64,000 nt of DNA from Podarcis muralis (taxonomy: Eukaryota), in the NCBI RefSeq assembly GCF_964188315.1, contig NC_135656.1, positions 109,492,001 to 109,556,000 on the forward strand. Reading direction: 5' to 3'. The notes under the pieces are model-generated. The model worked only from the letters and a program-made list of their open reading frames with translations. It did not search any database and had not been told where the DNA came from. A program made the position numbers and the translations under genes. Every line of letters begins with the position of its first letter. Positions within the stretch are counted from its first letter, which is position 1. Below are positions 37,489-49,329 of the stretch, piece by piece.

Positions 37489-37984
37489 TGTCAGAGACTG
37501 GACAGAGGAGGAATGGTGGAGACCACCTCCCCAACCTGACCCTTCCAGAGAAGAGGAAGACAGTTCAGAATTACAACAGGGGTTTGAGGGAGGTCACAGC
37601 TCAGAGGCAGATGAGGGGAGAAGTTGGGAAATAATGGGAGAGGAGGAGGAGGGAGAACCAGGGGGGTGACAGCTGACGGATATAGTGTTTTTAGAAACTA
37701 TTCCAGATCCTCCATCTCCCAGAACCCGGAGAGCCTTGAAAGTAGGAGAGCAAAGAGCTCAGAGGCAGAGGGCGCTTGTCAGCACCCATAGGGATGACAA
37801 ATGAGGAAGTGGGAGAGATGGGGAGAGGGTGGAGATTCATTCAGGACAACGCCATTATGCAAGAGCCTGGGTTACAAAGCCTCTCTCTGTAAATACTGAA
37901 TAAAAAGCAGACGGTAAGAACATTCCTTGTCTTTGTACGTTCCTGGTCAACTGGCCGTGGGAGTTGCTGGCAGCCGCCTGACCA
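37489..37984 (+). mobile_element. Solo LTR inserted in an L2 fragment (related copies at about 9330-9816 on - and about 680-790)
   Basis: TG...CA ends, 4-bp TSD CCTC, AATAAA near the 3' end. Confidence 0.75.
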
Positions 37985-38905
37985 CCTCAGACGATGATTG
38001 CTGGGTCTGAGGTCGGTTCATATGGGGAGAGGTGGTCCTTGAGATATTGTAGACATGGGGAAATGTGTTACCTCTGGTGACCTGCAAGGGCTTCTGCACA
38101 AGCTTATTCTCAGCAGTGGGCCAAAGTGGGGGCCTAAATTGAGATTTGATCCCCTTTTGCGGCAGGGAGGTGCGGGAAGGAGAACTAGCCAAGGCAGCTT
38201 GGTGACCCCCATACACTTCCTTGGGGATGATTGGCGGCACCTGAGGCCTGCATTTAAGGGTTAAGGAGCAGACTAGGGGCTTTGTCTGTGACCAACCTGC
38301 CTCATCCACCCAGAATTGTAGGGCTCTAGGGACAGTGATTTTCTTAAGGAAATCAGCCCTGAGTGCTCACTGGAAGGACAGATCATGAAGCCGAGGCTCC
38401 AATACTTTGGCCACCACATGAGAAGAGAAGACTCCCTGGAAAAGACTCTGATGTTGGGAAAGATGGAGGGCGCAAGGAGAAGGGGACAACAGAGGACAAG
38501 ATGGTTGAACAGTGTTCTTGAAGCTACGAACGTGAGTTTGACCAAACTGCGGGAGGCAGTGGAAGACAGGAGTGCCTGGTGTGCTCTGGTCCATGGGGTC
38601 ATGAAGAGTCAGACACGACTAAACGACTAAACAACAACAAGGGACAGTGATACAGGAAAGTCTCCCTATTTACCTTGCTTCTGACCCAACAGGGGGTCTG
38701 ATCACCCTTATATCTTCAGGATTCCCATGAATATAAGCCATTCCTCTACAACCAGGCCTTTGGCTGATTAATATTCTACAGCCTTTTAAATGTATCTGTG
38801 GGAAGGTGGGGTATTGTTTTGTTGTTTTGGTTTAATTATTTACTTGTGTTTTATCTTGTGTTTTATTCTATGAACTGCCCTGGGATCTCTTGATGAAGGG
38901 TAGTA

Positions 38906-38963
<58 letters not shown>

Positions 38964-39489
38964 TCCCACACCTATAAATTGGGGTTTACATTAATAGAAG
39001 TGACCCTGATTCAACACAGAGATATGCTCCGTGTGTTTATTTCAGCCCTCTGCTGCAAACATGTTTTCTCCATCTGTGCATGTGCTGCAAAGAGAATGAA
39101 CGAAGAGATGGTTTCATGTCCCCTGCAATTATCAAAATCAATGTGATTGATAAGTGTTCCTGTGGCCAAAGTCCCATAAGACTCCCGCCACCCCCAGGTG
39201 TCACTTTTGAGACCAGTAATAAAAATAGTAATAATCAGAACCCAGCAATTTCTTGCACCAAATTTGAAGAGAGCTAATGAGAACGAGAGCTGAGAGTTAG
39301 ACAATCAGAGCTGGTCTGTCAGTTAAATGCTTGAATGTGTCTCCATTAGCACTGAAGCCAAACTCTTAATCTGTGAACTCAGTCAAGGTGGTTGCATTTC
39401 TTTCCTGCCACATATCTCTGTCCGTCCACTGACTGGGTATATTCTAAAGCCAATTGAATAAAGGCGCCACTTGCTTCATTGTGCCTAAA

Positions 39490-42400
39490 ATGACCCTACT
39501 GCTCATATTGCTTCATTTGCTCTTTGGGGTAGTGATGAATATAGAGATAGATCTCTCAGACCTACAGACACCTCCAAATAATTATTACAGTCCAGGAGAT
39601 TACCTCATCGCCGGAGTTATACCCGTGAGAACGGCAGTGTATCCAACACACACTTTCAAGTCTGACCCTGCTCATGACTTCCAACCGTAAGTGCTATTTG
39701 CTATCAAGTATTGGTTGTCCTCAGACGCGGGTGGCACTGTGGGTTAAACCACAGAGCCTAGGACTTGCCGATCAGAAGGTCGGCAGTTCGAATCCCTGTG
39801 ACAGGGTGAGCTCCCAATGCTCGGTCCCAGCTCCTGTCAACCTAGCAGTTTGAAAGCACATCAAAGTGCAAGTAGATAAACAGGTACCACTCCGGCGGGA
39901 AGGTAAACAGCATTTCCGTGCGCTGCTCTGGTTCGCCAGAAGCGGCTTAGTCATGCTGGCCACATGACCCGGAAGCTGTACGCCGGCTCCCTCGGCCAAT
40001 AAAGCGAGATGAGCATTGCAACCCCAGAGTCGGTCACGACTGGACTTAATGGTCAGGGGTCCCTTTACCTTTACCTTATCGGTTGTCCTCAGACAATTCT
40101 GATCTTCCCTGCTGCAGCCTATGCTCTGAATGAGCGGCAGAATCTTTAGCTCCCTATTTGATTCCAGTAAGGCTTTGGACAAAGTCCCTCAAGTCATGAT
40201 ACTCTTGCAAGGAAGCTGGTAAAATGTGGGTTGAACAAGGTAACTGTTAGGTGGATTTGAAGCTGGTTGACTGAGCGAAACTGAAAGAGTACTCCTTAAT
40301 GGTTCCTCGTCATCCCTGGAAAAAAGTGAGAAGTGGGACTACCCATTAAATTATAGAAAAAGATTACTCCTTATCCTCCAGGATCATTTTACATGGTGTT
40401 ATAAAAGGTAGCAGGATCCAATTCCTAGAATTTCATGTGAAAAGTTTTAATAATAGCAACCTGAATCACCAGGAAAAAAAATCAAATGCACTTTGACTAC
40501 CATAATATTCATTAACTTCTTGGCTTTTGCTTGGGAAAGAAAAGGATCTTTGGTCTGCTTCAGCAGAGCAATCCTTTCGCTCTTCAAAGAGAGGAATGTG
40601 AATGTCTGTAGGTCTCTTCTGTCTCCCCAAAAGCAGCAAATCCGCTGACATTTTAAATATTTGAAACCTGAAAAAGTTTAGATAAATTAAAATGAACATT
40701 GACTCCTAGAATATATATTTTTTAAACTTCTTACAACTTTTGTTGTAGTACCATCAGGGGAAGGGAGAAGAAATATGCAAAGCTCTGAAATATTTAAGTT
40801 AAATGTATACGACTTGTTGCCGGTCTATTAACTGAATTGATACTGTAAGTGAACTACTGAAACAAGCCATTGATATGTAAGTAAACTGTTGTGTTGTTTT
40901 GAATGCAATATGAGTAGATTTCACAGCAATCTTGCTGAAAATGCAAATTCATTATCTATAGTATATAATTCCTTTTTTGATTGCTACCGTTACAGGCTGC
41001 TTTTCTTCCCAACACATCCAAGGTTGTTTACAGTTACTGTATTTAAAATAACACATTGTCAAAGGAAAAGGGGGACAGGGTGGGAAAGGCGAAAATAAGT
41101 AAATTATGGTTCTGTGGCCACTGAAAGTGACTGTTCTGTGCTGGGATGAGCCAAAGGGCATTGAGTCCTAGCCAAGCCAGGGCTTTTATGCCTTCTTCCT
41201 ATTAGACATCTACATGATGGACCTTTGCTCTTATTCAGCATGACCCTTCTTATGTTCTTAAAAGACAGGCACCACAACTGAGAAGGCCCTGGTTCCCTGT
41301 AACCTCACTTCTCACAGTGAAGAAACTGCCAGAAGGCCCTCGGAGCTGGACCTCAGTGTTCCGGCAGAATCATGGAGGTGGAGATCTCTCCCCCCTCCCC
41401 CAGGAGACAAACCACTCAGATCTAAATGTCACTGACACCTTGAGTGGAAAAAGCAGGATTTGAACATAGTATTTCAGGTGGTGGATCATAGAATCACAGA
41501 ATCATAGAATCATAGAGTTGGAATAGACTACAAGGGCCATCGAGTCCAACCCCCTGCCAAGCAGGAAACACCATCAGAGCACTCCTGACATATGGTTGTC
41601 AAACCTCTGCTTAAAGACCTCCAAAGAAGGAGACTCCACCACACTCCTTGGCAGCAAATTCCACTGTCGAACAGCTCTTACTGTCAGGAAGTTCTTCCTA
41701 ATGTTTAGGTGGAATTTTCTTTCTTGTATTTGAACATAGTATTTCAGGTGGTAGATCATTTGAACATAGTATTTCAGGTGGTAGATCATAGAATCATAGA
41801 ATCATAGAGTTGGAAGAGACCACAAGGGCCATCGAGTCCAACCCCCTGCCAAGCAGGAAACACCATCAGAGCACTCCTGACATATGGTTGTCAAGCCTCT
41901 GCTTAAAGACCTCCAAAGAAGGAGACTCCACCACACTCCTTGGCAGCAAATTCCACTGTCGAACAGCTCTTACTGTCAGGAAGTTCTTCCTAATGTTTAG
42001 GTGGAATTTTCTTTCTTGTAGTTTGGATCCATTGCTCCGTGTCCGATGTTCAATTTGCTTTCCATTCCAGGATGCTGGGAAGGAATTATCAACACATCCT
42101 GGCCATCTTGTTTGCCATTAATGAGATTAATGAGAATCCCAAGCTCTTACCTAACATCACACTTGGCTACAGGATCTATGAAAATTGTTTCAGTGCCAGG
42201 ACAGCCTCTGAAGCCACCATAGAACTGTTGTCGACTAGACATTGGATGGTCCCTAATTTCAGGTGCGGAAGGCAAGGGAAGCTCCTGGCTGTTATTCAAG
42301 GAGGGGACTTTGAAACCTTTTTTCAAATGGCAACCATGCTAAATGTTTACGAGGTCCCTCAGGTAGGGAGAACAACATGGGCTGGGCAGAACAAATCCCA

Positions 42401-45400
42401 GACCAAACTCCTAAACTCTTGTGATTGAAAGTGGGGTAATGGGGATTGAAGAATGTGGAACCCTTTCCTCAGCTCAGGAGTTTGGGGCTGATGTCTGCCT
42501 CAGGAAAGTTGGGATAAACTTGTGACCTCACACTGCTTGCCTTCTGCAACTTTGCACCACAAGCAGGAAGATGACACCTGTATAGAAGAAATTTTTAAAA
42601 TTCCATCATAAAAAGCTTCTCATTATTGTTGTCGTTTTCTGAGGCCCAATAAGGTTTGGAGGAGAAGGGTAGGGAACAGGGATGTACTGGAAGGTGAACC
42701 TTCCAAAAGCAGTGCTGTCTTTTTCAGAGCAGGAGTTGTGGGACTCAGCTAGATTCATAGCTGTCAATTGTCCCTTATGTGGTGGGAAACTCCCTTATGC
42801 CAGCGCCGTGTCCTGCTGCTGTCCCTTATTGATGATGTCCCTTAAATTTCCCGGGTTTCATGCTCGCCCGGCTCGGGAGGGAAGCAGTGGCTCGGGGTCC
42901 TCCGTCACGAGAGAGCGCGCACGCACGAGCTGCCGCGTCTCCGTCTCTCCCTTTTCCCCCTCAGGGGTGCAGCGTGAGGAGACGGGTGGCGGCGGGTGGG
43001 CAGGCAGCCCCTCTCTTGCGAGACTTCCGCTGCGCTGCCAGGGGAAGCTGGAGGCGGCAGCAGCAGCAGCGGCAGCAGCTGAGGAGGCAGCCTGAGGGAG
43101 GAGGAAGAGGAGGGGATGGGGAGGGACGCAGAAGGGAGGCGCTTCAGCGGCCCCCGCAACAACCACATGCCAGGCTTGCGGGTGGCGTGGGCAAGAGTCT
43201 CTCTCCCTCCCTCACTCTCTCTCAGGCGGGGAAGGGCTGATGGAACTCCTCGCACCAGGATGACGGAAGCCCCGACGTGCTGCTTAGCATACCCTCCAAC
43301 TAGTGCAGCATCTTAATGTAGTGATTTCCCCCGCTGCATCCCTTTCATAACTCTATTTTTATAAATCATTTTTCCATCCATTGTTCAAATTTTTACTACA
43401 AGTTTTCTGTCAATCCTACCAATGTATGTAACTCTTTACAATAGCTTTTCAACTAAATTATAAACTTTCCCCATTCTTTATTAAAGAGGTCCTCTTCCTG
43501 GTTTCTAATTCTACCTGTAAGCTTTGCCATCTCAATGTCGTTCATCAGTTTTGTCTGCCACTCTTCTTTGGTGGGAGTTGAAGACCCTTAGGATCATCTA
43601 GTCCAACCCCCTGCAAAACCCAATCAGTCGCAGCAAAAGTAACATGGCTCCATCAGTGCCAGATTTCTGTATAAGCCAAGCAAAATCCCTTATTTTGGCT
43701 GCTGATCCCTTATTTTCGAGGCTGCTGGTCCCTTATTTTCAAATCTGTAAGTTGACAGCTATGGCTAGATTGGGGAAGAAAAAGTATTTCGTATGCGTTG
43801 TATATGCATTATAACACCGTGACACCAGATGGCGCTGTGGAGTTCCGTTTTCCCCAGTGTGATTTCTTACAACAAAGTTTGCAACGCATTTAACTGAAAC
43901 GCTTCTTTGATGTGTCTAGATCCAACCATGCTATCTCTTGTTCACCTTTTCTCTAAAGCGAAAAGTCCCAAATTCTGCAACCTTTCCCAATAGGGAGTTT
44001 CTCCATCCTCCTGTCAACCGATCTATAGCCTGGGTATAATTCCAATCTAACTCAGTGGGACTTGCCTCTGAATAGACATGTGTGAGACTGCTCTGTTAAG
44101 TGGAAAACATTTCAGACAAGCAACGCCTGAGCATTATTTCCAAACTAAGCATTGATTCCTTTCCTCCATACCAGCTCACATACGGCTTTGTAATCCATAC
44201 TATGAGTGATAAAACTCAGTTCCCCTCTTCCTACTGGATGAGTCCCAAGGCAGCTCCACAGTATATGGGCATCCTTCAGTTGCTGCTGCATTTCAGGTGG
44301 ACATGGGTCGGTCTCATTGCTCCAGACAATGATGGTGGAGATCTTTTCATGAGAACCATGAAGGCGATGGTCTTTGGGAGTGGCATTTGTTTAGCCTTCA
44401 CATATGCAATCCCACAATTTTCTATTGACCTCTTTGTTTCCAAACAAATACTTTTAAGGTTTTTAGGACATCTTATTCAGAGGAGAGCCAACGTGATCCT
44501 TTATTATGGGGATCCTGATTCAATGCTTCTGTTGCCACATGCGCTGTACAGAATTGAACTAAAAACCAATGCCCCGGTAGGGAAAGTTTGGATCGCTACA
44601 GCTCTGTGGGGCTTCACCTTAAGCGCATCTTTTGAGTACTGGGACATCGTATTCTTCCATGGGGCATTGTTCTTCAGCACCCAAACAAACAGAAGGTCAA
44701 AATCACAGGGCCTTTTTTTGACTCAAGATGAAGATTCCTTCAATCAGATTTGGTCAAAACCCTTTGATTGCTCTCATCCCAACCACAGATGGTCAAGGAA
44801 AACCTGGAGAAGATGCATGGGGAGGGAGAAATTGGAAGGTCTCCCTGTAGATTGGCTTGGGAAAGACATGTCTGCAGAGAGTTGCAATGTTTATAGTGCT
44901 GTCTATGTTGTAGCACATGCCTTCCATGCTCTGATCACATCTGTGTCCAGCCGCATGAGAACTACAGAAAAAGGCAGGCTGGATTTTCTGAACATAGAAG
45001 CATGGCAGGTGAGGGAGAGTGAAATCCGTTTACTACAGTTGCAATGGATGGACATTCTGCCCGTCTTCCCACACTCCTGCAGTCTTTTGGCCAGAAATCC
45101 TGCTTATGCACATATATTATCTCAGTTTAATCTATATCATGGGGTTGCTGAAAAGATTTAAAGGGGGGGGGGGATAGGGGAATGTACACAGCTCTGGGCT
45201 CCTGGGTAGAAAAGCAAAATAAAAGTATAGAATGTCTTCTTCTTTCTTCTTTGGTGATCACTCGTAGCTGAGTTATGTCTTCCATAAACACAGTTTTAAC
45301 AGTGAGTCTGTAAGTGACTGTGGAGGCCAATTCTGGATCCACCCGTCCTTCCACAGTGGGGACATAGGTTTCCAGGTGGGAGTTGATCACAGTGAGGGTT

Positions 45401-48400
45401 TGCCAAGCGTGCCTTCCTCTTAGCACATTTCTCCCTTGCCTCCTGAGTTTGAGTGTCTTCAAAGCCCATGACACCTTTGGTAAAGGCTGTTCTCCAATTG
45501 GAGCGCTCGCAGGCCATTGTTTCCCAGTTGTCGGTGTTTATACTACATTTTAAAAAGATTTTCCTTGAGAGAGTCTTTAAACCTCTTTTGTTGACCACCA
45601 GCTTTAAGCTTTCCATTTTTAGGTTCAGAATAGAGTAGCTGCTTTGGAAGACGATAATAATGCACAGATCATGTAGTGAAAATAAGCATATAAATAAAGG
45701 CCTATTTTTTTCTACTTGGAGCTTACATCCTTTTCTTTTGGGTTTCTGGGAGAGATACCTCCAATCTAGGAACCCACTTTTAAATTTATCCAACACTACA
45801 TCAGTTTCCGCCAAAGAAAAGAGGGTTGGGGGATGAAGACTCAGATGGAAGAAAGGATGAATCTAATTGGCCCATCTTGCAAATGTTGACATTCTCTTTT
45901 TATTTATTTTATTTTTTTATAAGATATTTATTGGTTTTTCCAGAAATTAATATAACATCAAAGTCACCCAATTACAAAAAATCACCAACATGAGGGAAAA
46001 AATACAAAAAGAAAAAATAGACAAACATACATACAAAAAGAAAAAAAAGACACAAAAACACATGTATAATTTCCTTCCCTTTTGTTCATACAACTTACTT
46101 TCCCGACTTCCTCATACCTCCCCTAACTGCATTCTATTCTCTAATTCATCCTCTTCAACAAATCCTTCCCCCAATTCCTGTTTAAGTCTTTGTTTTTTCT
46201 TTTCATTTTTACATAATCATTACAGCAATCAACCACTTAGTTTCCGAATCAAAATTGTCCTAACATTCCATAATTTTACAGTACTTCTTAAGATAGTCTT
46301 TAAATTTCTTCCAATCTTCTCCTGCTGTCTCTTTTCCCTGGTCTCGGATTCTGCCGGTCATTTCTGCCAATCAAATGTTGACATTCTCTCTCTCCCACAT
46401 CTAGCTCCACCCTTTTCTGAGAAGTCTCCACTTCAACAGTACTACCATGGATGAGGTGCATTTCGATGAGGACGGGGAATTAGTGGCCGACTATGATGTT
46501 GTGAATTTGGTCACATTTCCTAACGAATCAGCTGCAAGAGTGAAAGTTGGTAAACTGGAAACCCAAGCATCGTTTGGTCTAAAACTTACCATTCATGAGG
46601 AATCCACCGTGTGGCCCAGTTGGTTTAATCAGGTGGAGGATGTATTCATATTAATTCAGCAGTAGCTAGGAATGTGAACTGTGAGTCTGGAGGTCTCCAG
46701 TTCAAATACATTCAAAATAGCCAATATTTACCTCAAACTCAAGATTATAATGCTGGATCCCTGCAAGATCCTACTTAGATAGTGTATAAATGATGAATAA
46801 AAAGTTGGCCTTAGCCTGAACCTCTCATTTGAAGATAACAAGGCTGAAATACTTAGTATAGCCATATATACCATTCTGCAAAGCATGGACACATCACCAT
46901 AGAATGGTTTGGTACCTATAGACAAAACAGAAACTCACCAAACACTGTTTGTTTCCTTGATGCCTTTTTAGACAAGACCTCACTCTACCTGTACAGAAAG
47001 TTGCCAACCTGGATACAGCAAGGTGGTGCCAGAAGGACAGCCAATTTGCTGCTATAGTTGTGAACCTTGCGTAGACGGAACCATTTCCACTAACACAGGT
47101 AAATGGTATTGAAGAAACAAGAGGCCCTAGGAAACTGAGAAAGAGGGTCAGGATGAAAGTAGGCATGCTAGGTTTGAAATGAAATTTTGCAAAGGAAGTG
47201 TGTGGTGCTTTCCAAAATTAAGATGCAGATTCTTCACAACATTTCAAAATTATTATTATTTGGTTCTTGTGAATCTATTTCAGTGAAACAATTAGGCCAA
47301 CACACTGTTTGAGTGCACAGCTCCAAGCAGGCTCAAACTATAACCTCTTCCACTGCAGTGATTAAATGACTAATACTGTAAGCAGCACACCTCCTTATCT
47401 GCCTAATAAGCCATAGAACATTGACTCCAATTTTTGCTTTCCAACTTTTTTTTACATGACCAATTGACTTATTTTTTAAAAACAACAACAACAAAGGCTT
47501 GATACTTTGAGGCTTTTGGTGGGATGGAGGGATGAATCAGAGTATGAGCCAGAAAGCATTCAAAGTTTTATCTTCAAATGGACTTTATTCACCTTTGTCC
47601 ATGGCAATTATGGGAACTACTTTCAGGTGTCATTCAGAGATTTCTGATCTTTGTTCAACTGAACTAGTTAATTCCAAGCACTAATAATGGCCTATGAAGC
47701 TCAAAATCAACCCATTATCTGATGAATAACTATTTCTCCAGGAACAGATGTGGACTTCCATTTCATGCGGCTCAATGTGGTGCCTTCCATAGTTCCAGTT
47801 ACAGATGTGGACTTCCATTTCATGCGGCTCAATGTGGTATTTCAGTGTATCTGAAGAAGTGTGCATGCACACGAAAGCTCATACCAAGAACTGTGTATCT
47901 GAAGAAGTGTGCATGCACACGAAAGCTCATACCAAGAACTAACTTAGTTGGTCTTTAAGGTGCTACTGCAAGGAATTTTTTTATTTCTCCAGGACTTCAG
48001 CTTTGCATCTGATTCACAAGATTTGGCAGACTCCCACAGGCTTATTGCATGCTTGTTTGAGATGTTGCCTAAGAACTGCATTAAAAGGGAGAATGCTGAG
48101 TAAAAATATAATATAGGGGGGGGGGGGAAGAGAAAATCACATTGTGGTATGAAATTTCTGGAACACCTTGGAATATGATGTACTGAAATCATTTTTTCTA
48201 TCAGATGCAGATCATTGTCATCAGTGTCCAGAAGATCAATACTCAAACAACGAGAGGCATCGTTGTATCCCCAAGACCATAGTCTTCCTCTCCTATGAAG
48301 AACCCCTGGGGGTCACCTTGGCTTTCTTTGCCCTATTTTTGTGCCTAACCACAAGTACTATTTTGGGAATCTTCATTAAGTACCAGAGCACTCCACTTGT

Positions 48401-49109
48401 TAAAGCCAACAATCGAAACCTGACTTACATCCTCCTCGTTTCTCTCCTGCTTTCCTTTTTGTCCTCCTTTCTATTCATCGGCCAGCCTCAAAAGGTCACC
48501 TGCCTTCTCCGTCAAACTGCCTTCAGCATCATCTTCTCAATTGGCGTCTCTTCTGTGCTAGCAAAAACAACTACTGTGGTGCTTGCATTCTTGGCCACAA
48601 AACCAGGGAACAGCATCAGGAAATGGGTGGGGAAAAGTTTGGCAAACTCCATTGTCCTCTTCTGTTGCAGCATTCAGTTTGGCATCTGCATTACCTGGAT
48701 CGGAATGTATCCCCCCTTCCCAGAACTGGACATGGATTCCCAGGTCACACAGACAATTCTGCAGTGCAATGAAGGGTCCATCACTATGTTTTACTCTGCC
48801 CTTGGCTACATGGGCCTTCTGGCTGCCATCTCTTTTACTGTGGCTTTCCTAGCCAGGAAGCTCCCTGGCGGTTTCAACGAAGCCAAGTTTATCACCTTCA
48901 GCATGCTGGTGTTTTGCAGTGTTTGGGTCTCCTTTGTGCCAACTTACTTGAGCACCAAGGGGAAATACATGGTGGCTGTGCAGATCTTCTCCATCTTGGC
49001 TTCCAGTGGTGGGTTACTGGGCTGTATTTTCTTTCCCAAATGCTACATCATTGTCCTCAGGCCTGATTTGAATACAAAAGAGCACCTGATGTTGAAAAGA
49101 AAAGATTAG
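39490..49109 (+). CDS. Vmn2r: Vomeronasal type-2 receptor C, intact, 860 aa; join(39490..39686,42071..42362,44175..45008,46405..46632,46972..47098,48205..49109)
   Basis: Exons of 197/292/834/228/127/905 nt sum to 2583 nt, GT-AG, in frame, canonical 7TM. Confidence 0.95.
39724..40077 (+). mobile_element. Sauria SINE just after V2R-C exon 1
   Basis: 14-bp TSD GGTTGTCCTCAGAC. Confidence 0.9.
41457..42045 (-). mobile_element. Tandemly duplicated CR1 3' fragment
   Basis: Two copies of (CATAGAAT)n plus CR1 3' end, separated by duplicated 30-bp flank sequence. Confidence 0.85.
42756..43763. mobile_element. Non-autonomous hAT-type element with CpG-rich cargo and an L1 3' fragment
   Basis: TIRs CATAGCTGTCAA / TTGACAGCTATG; perfect 8-bp TSD GCTAGATT; subterminal TCCCTTAT repeats at both ends. 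Confidence 0.88.
45234..45620 (-). mobile_element. RTE-clade LINE 3' fragment
   Basis: [13 protein letters not shown] ... [22 protein letters not shown]-terminal zinc-finger-like end. Confidence 0.8.
47744..47981 (+). mobile_element. Short Penelope-like 3' fragment carrying the hammerhead pair
   Basis: 13-bp TSD TATTTCTCCAGGA (47731-47743, 47982-47994). The homologous site is empty in V2R-B (about 31665) and V2R-D (about 62710). A second internal duplication lies at about 47744-47838. Confidence 0.65.
47847..47932 (+). ncRNA. Two tandem minimal type I hammerhead ribozymes (47847-47884 and 47895-47932)
   Basis: Each copy reads GUAU-CUGAAGA-A-GUGUG(CAUG)CACAC-GAAAG-CUC/AUAC: full core, 5-bp stem II, 4-bp stem I (GUAU/AUAC), loopless palindromic stem III (AGCU). 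Exact 48-nt tandem unit at 47845-47892 and 47893-47940. Confidence 0.8.
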
Positions 49110-49329
49110 AGTTTGGTCAAATGTATAGCTCAGCCAAATTTCAGAAATGAATTCAAATTTTACTCAACATGTTACCATGGGATGACCATCTTTCCCTCCC
49201 TGGAGTGCCCTTTCAATATATACCATCATTCCCAGGAGAATTCTGGTTATATTTTCAAAGTGGACAGCAACCAGGCTTTTGATCTCTGCACACCTATTTT
49301 GTTTTATAAGTGTAAGGGGAGGGAACCAT

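Noticed and set aside
42682-43316. Ala/Gly/Arg-rich ORFs on both strands
   Set aside because: Same GC-bias artefact within transposon cargo; no splice or domain support.
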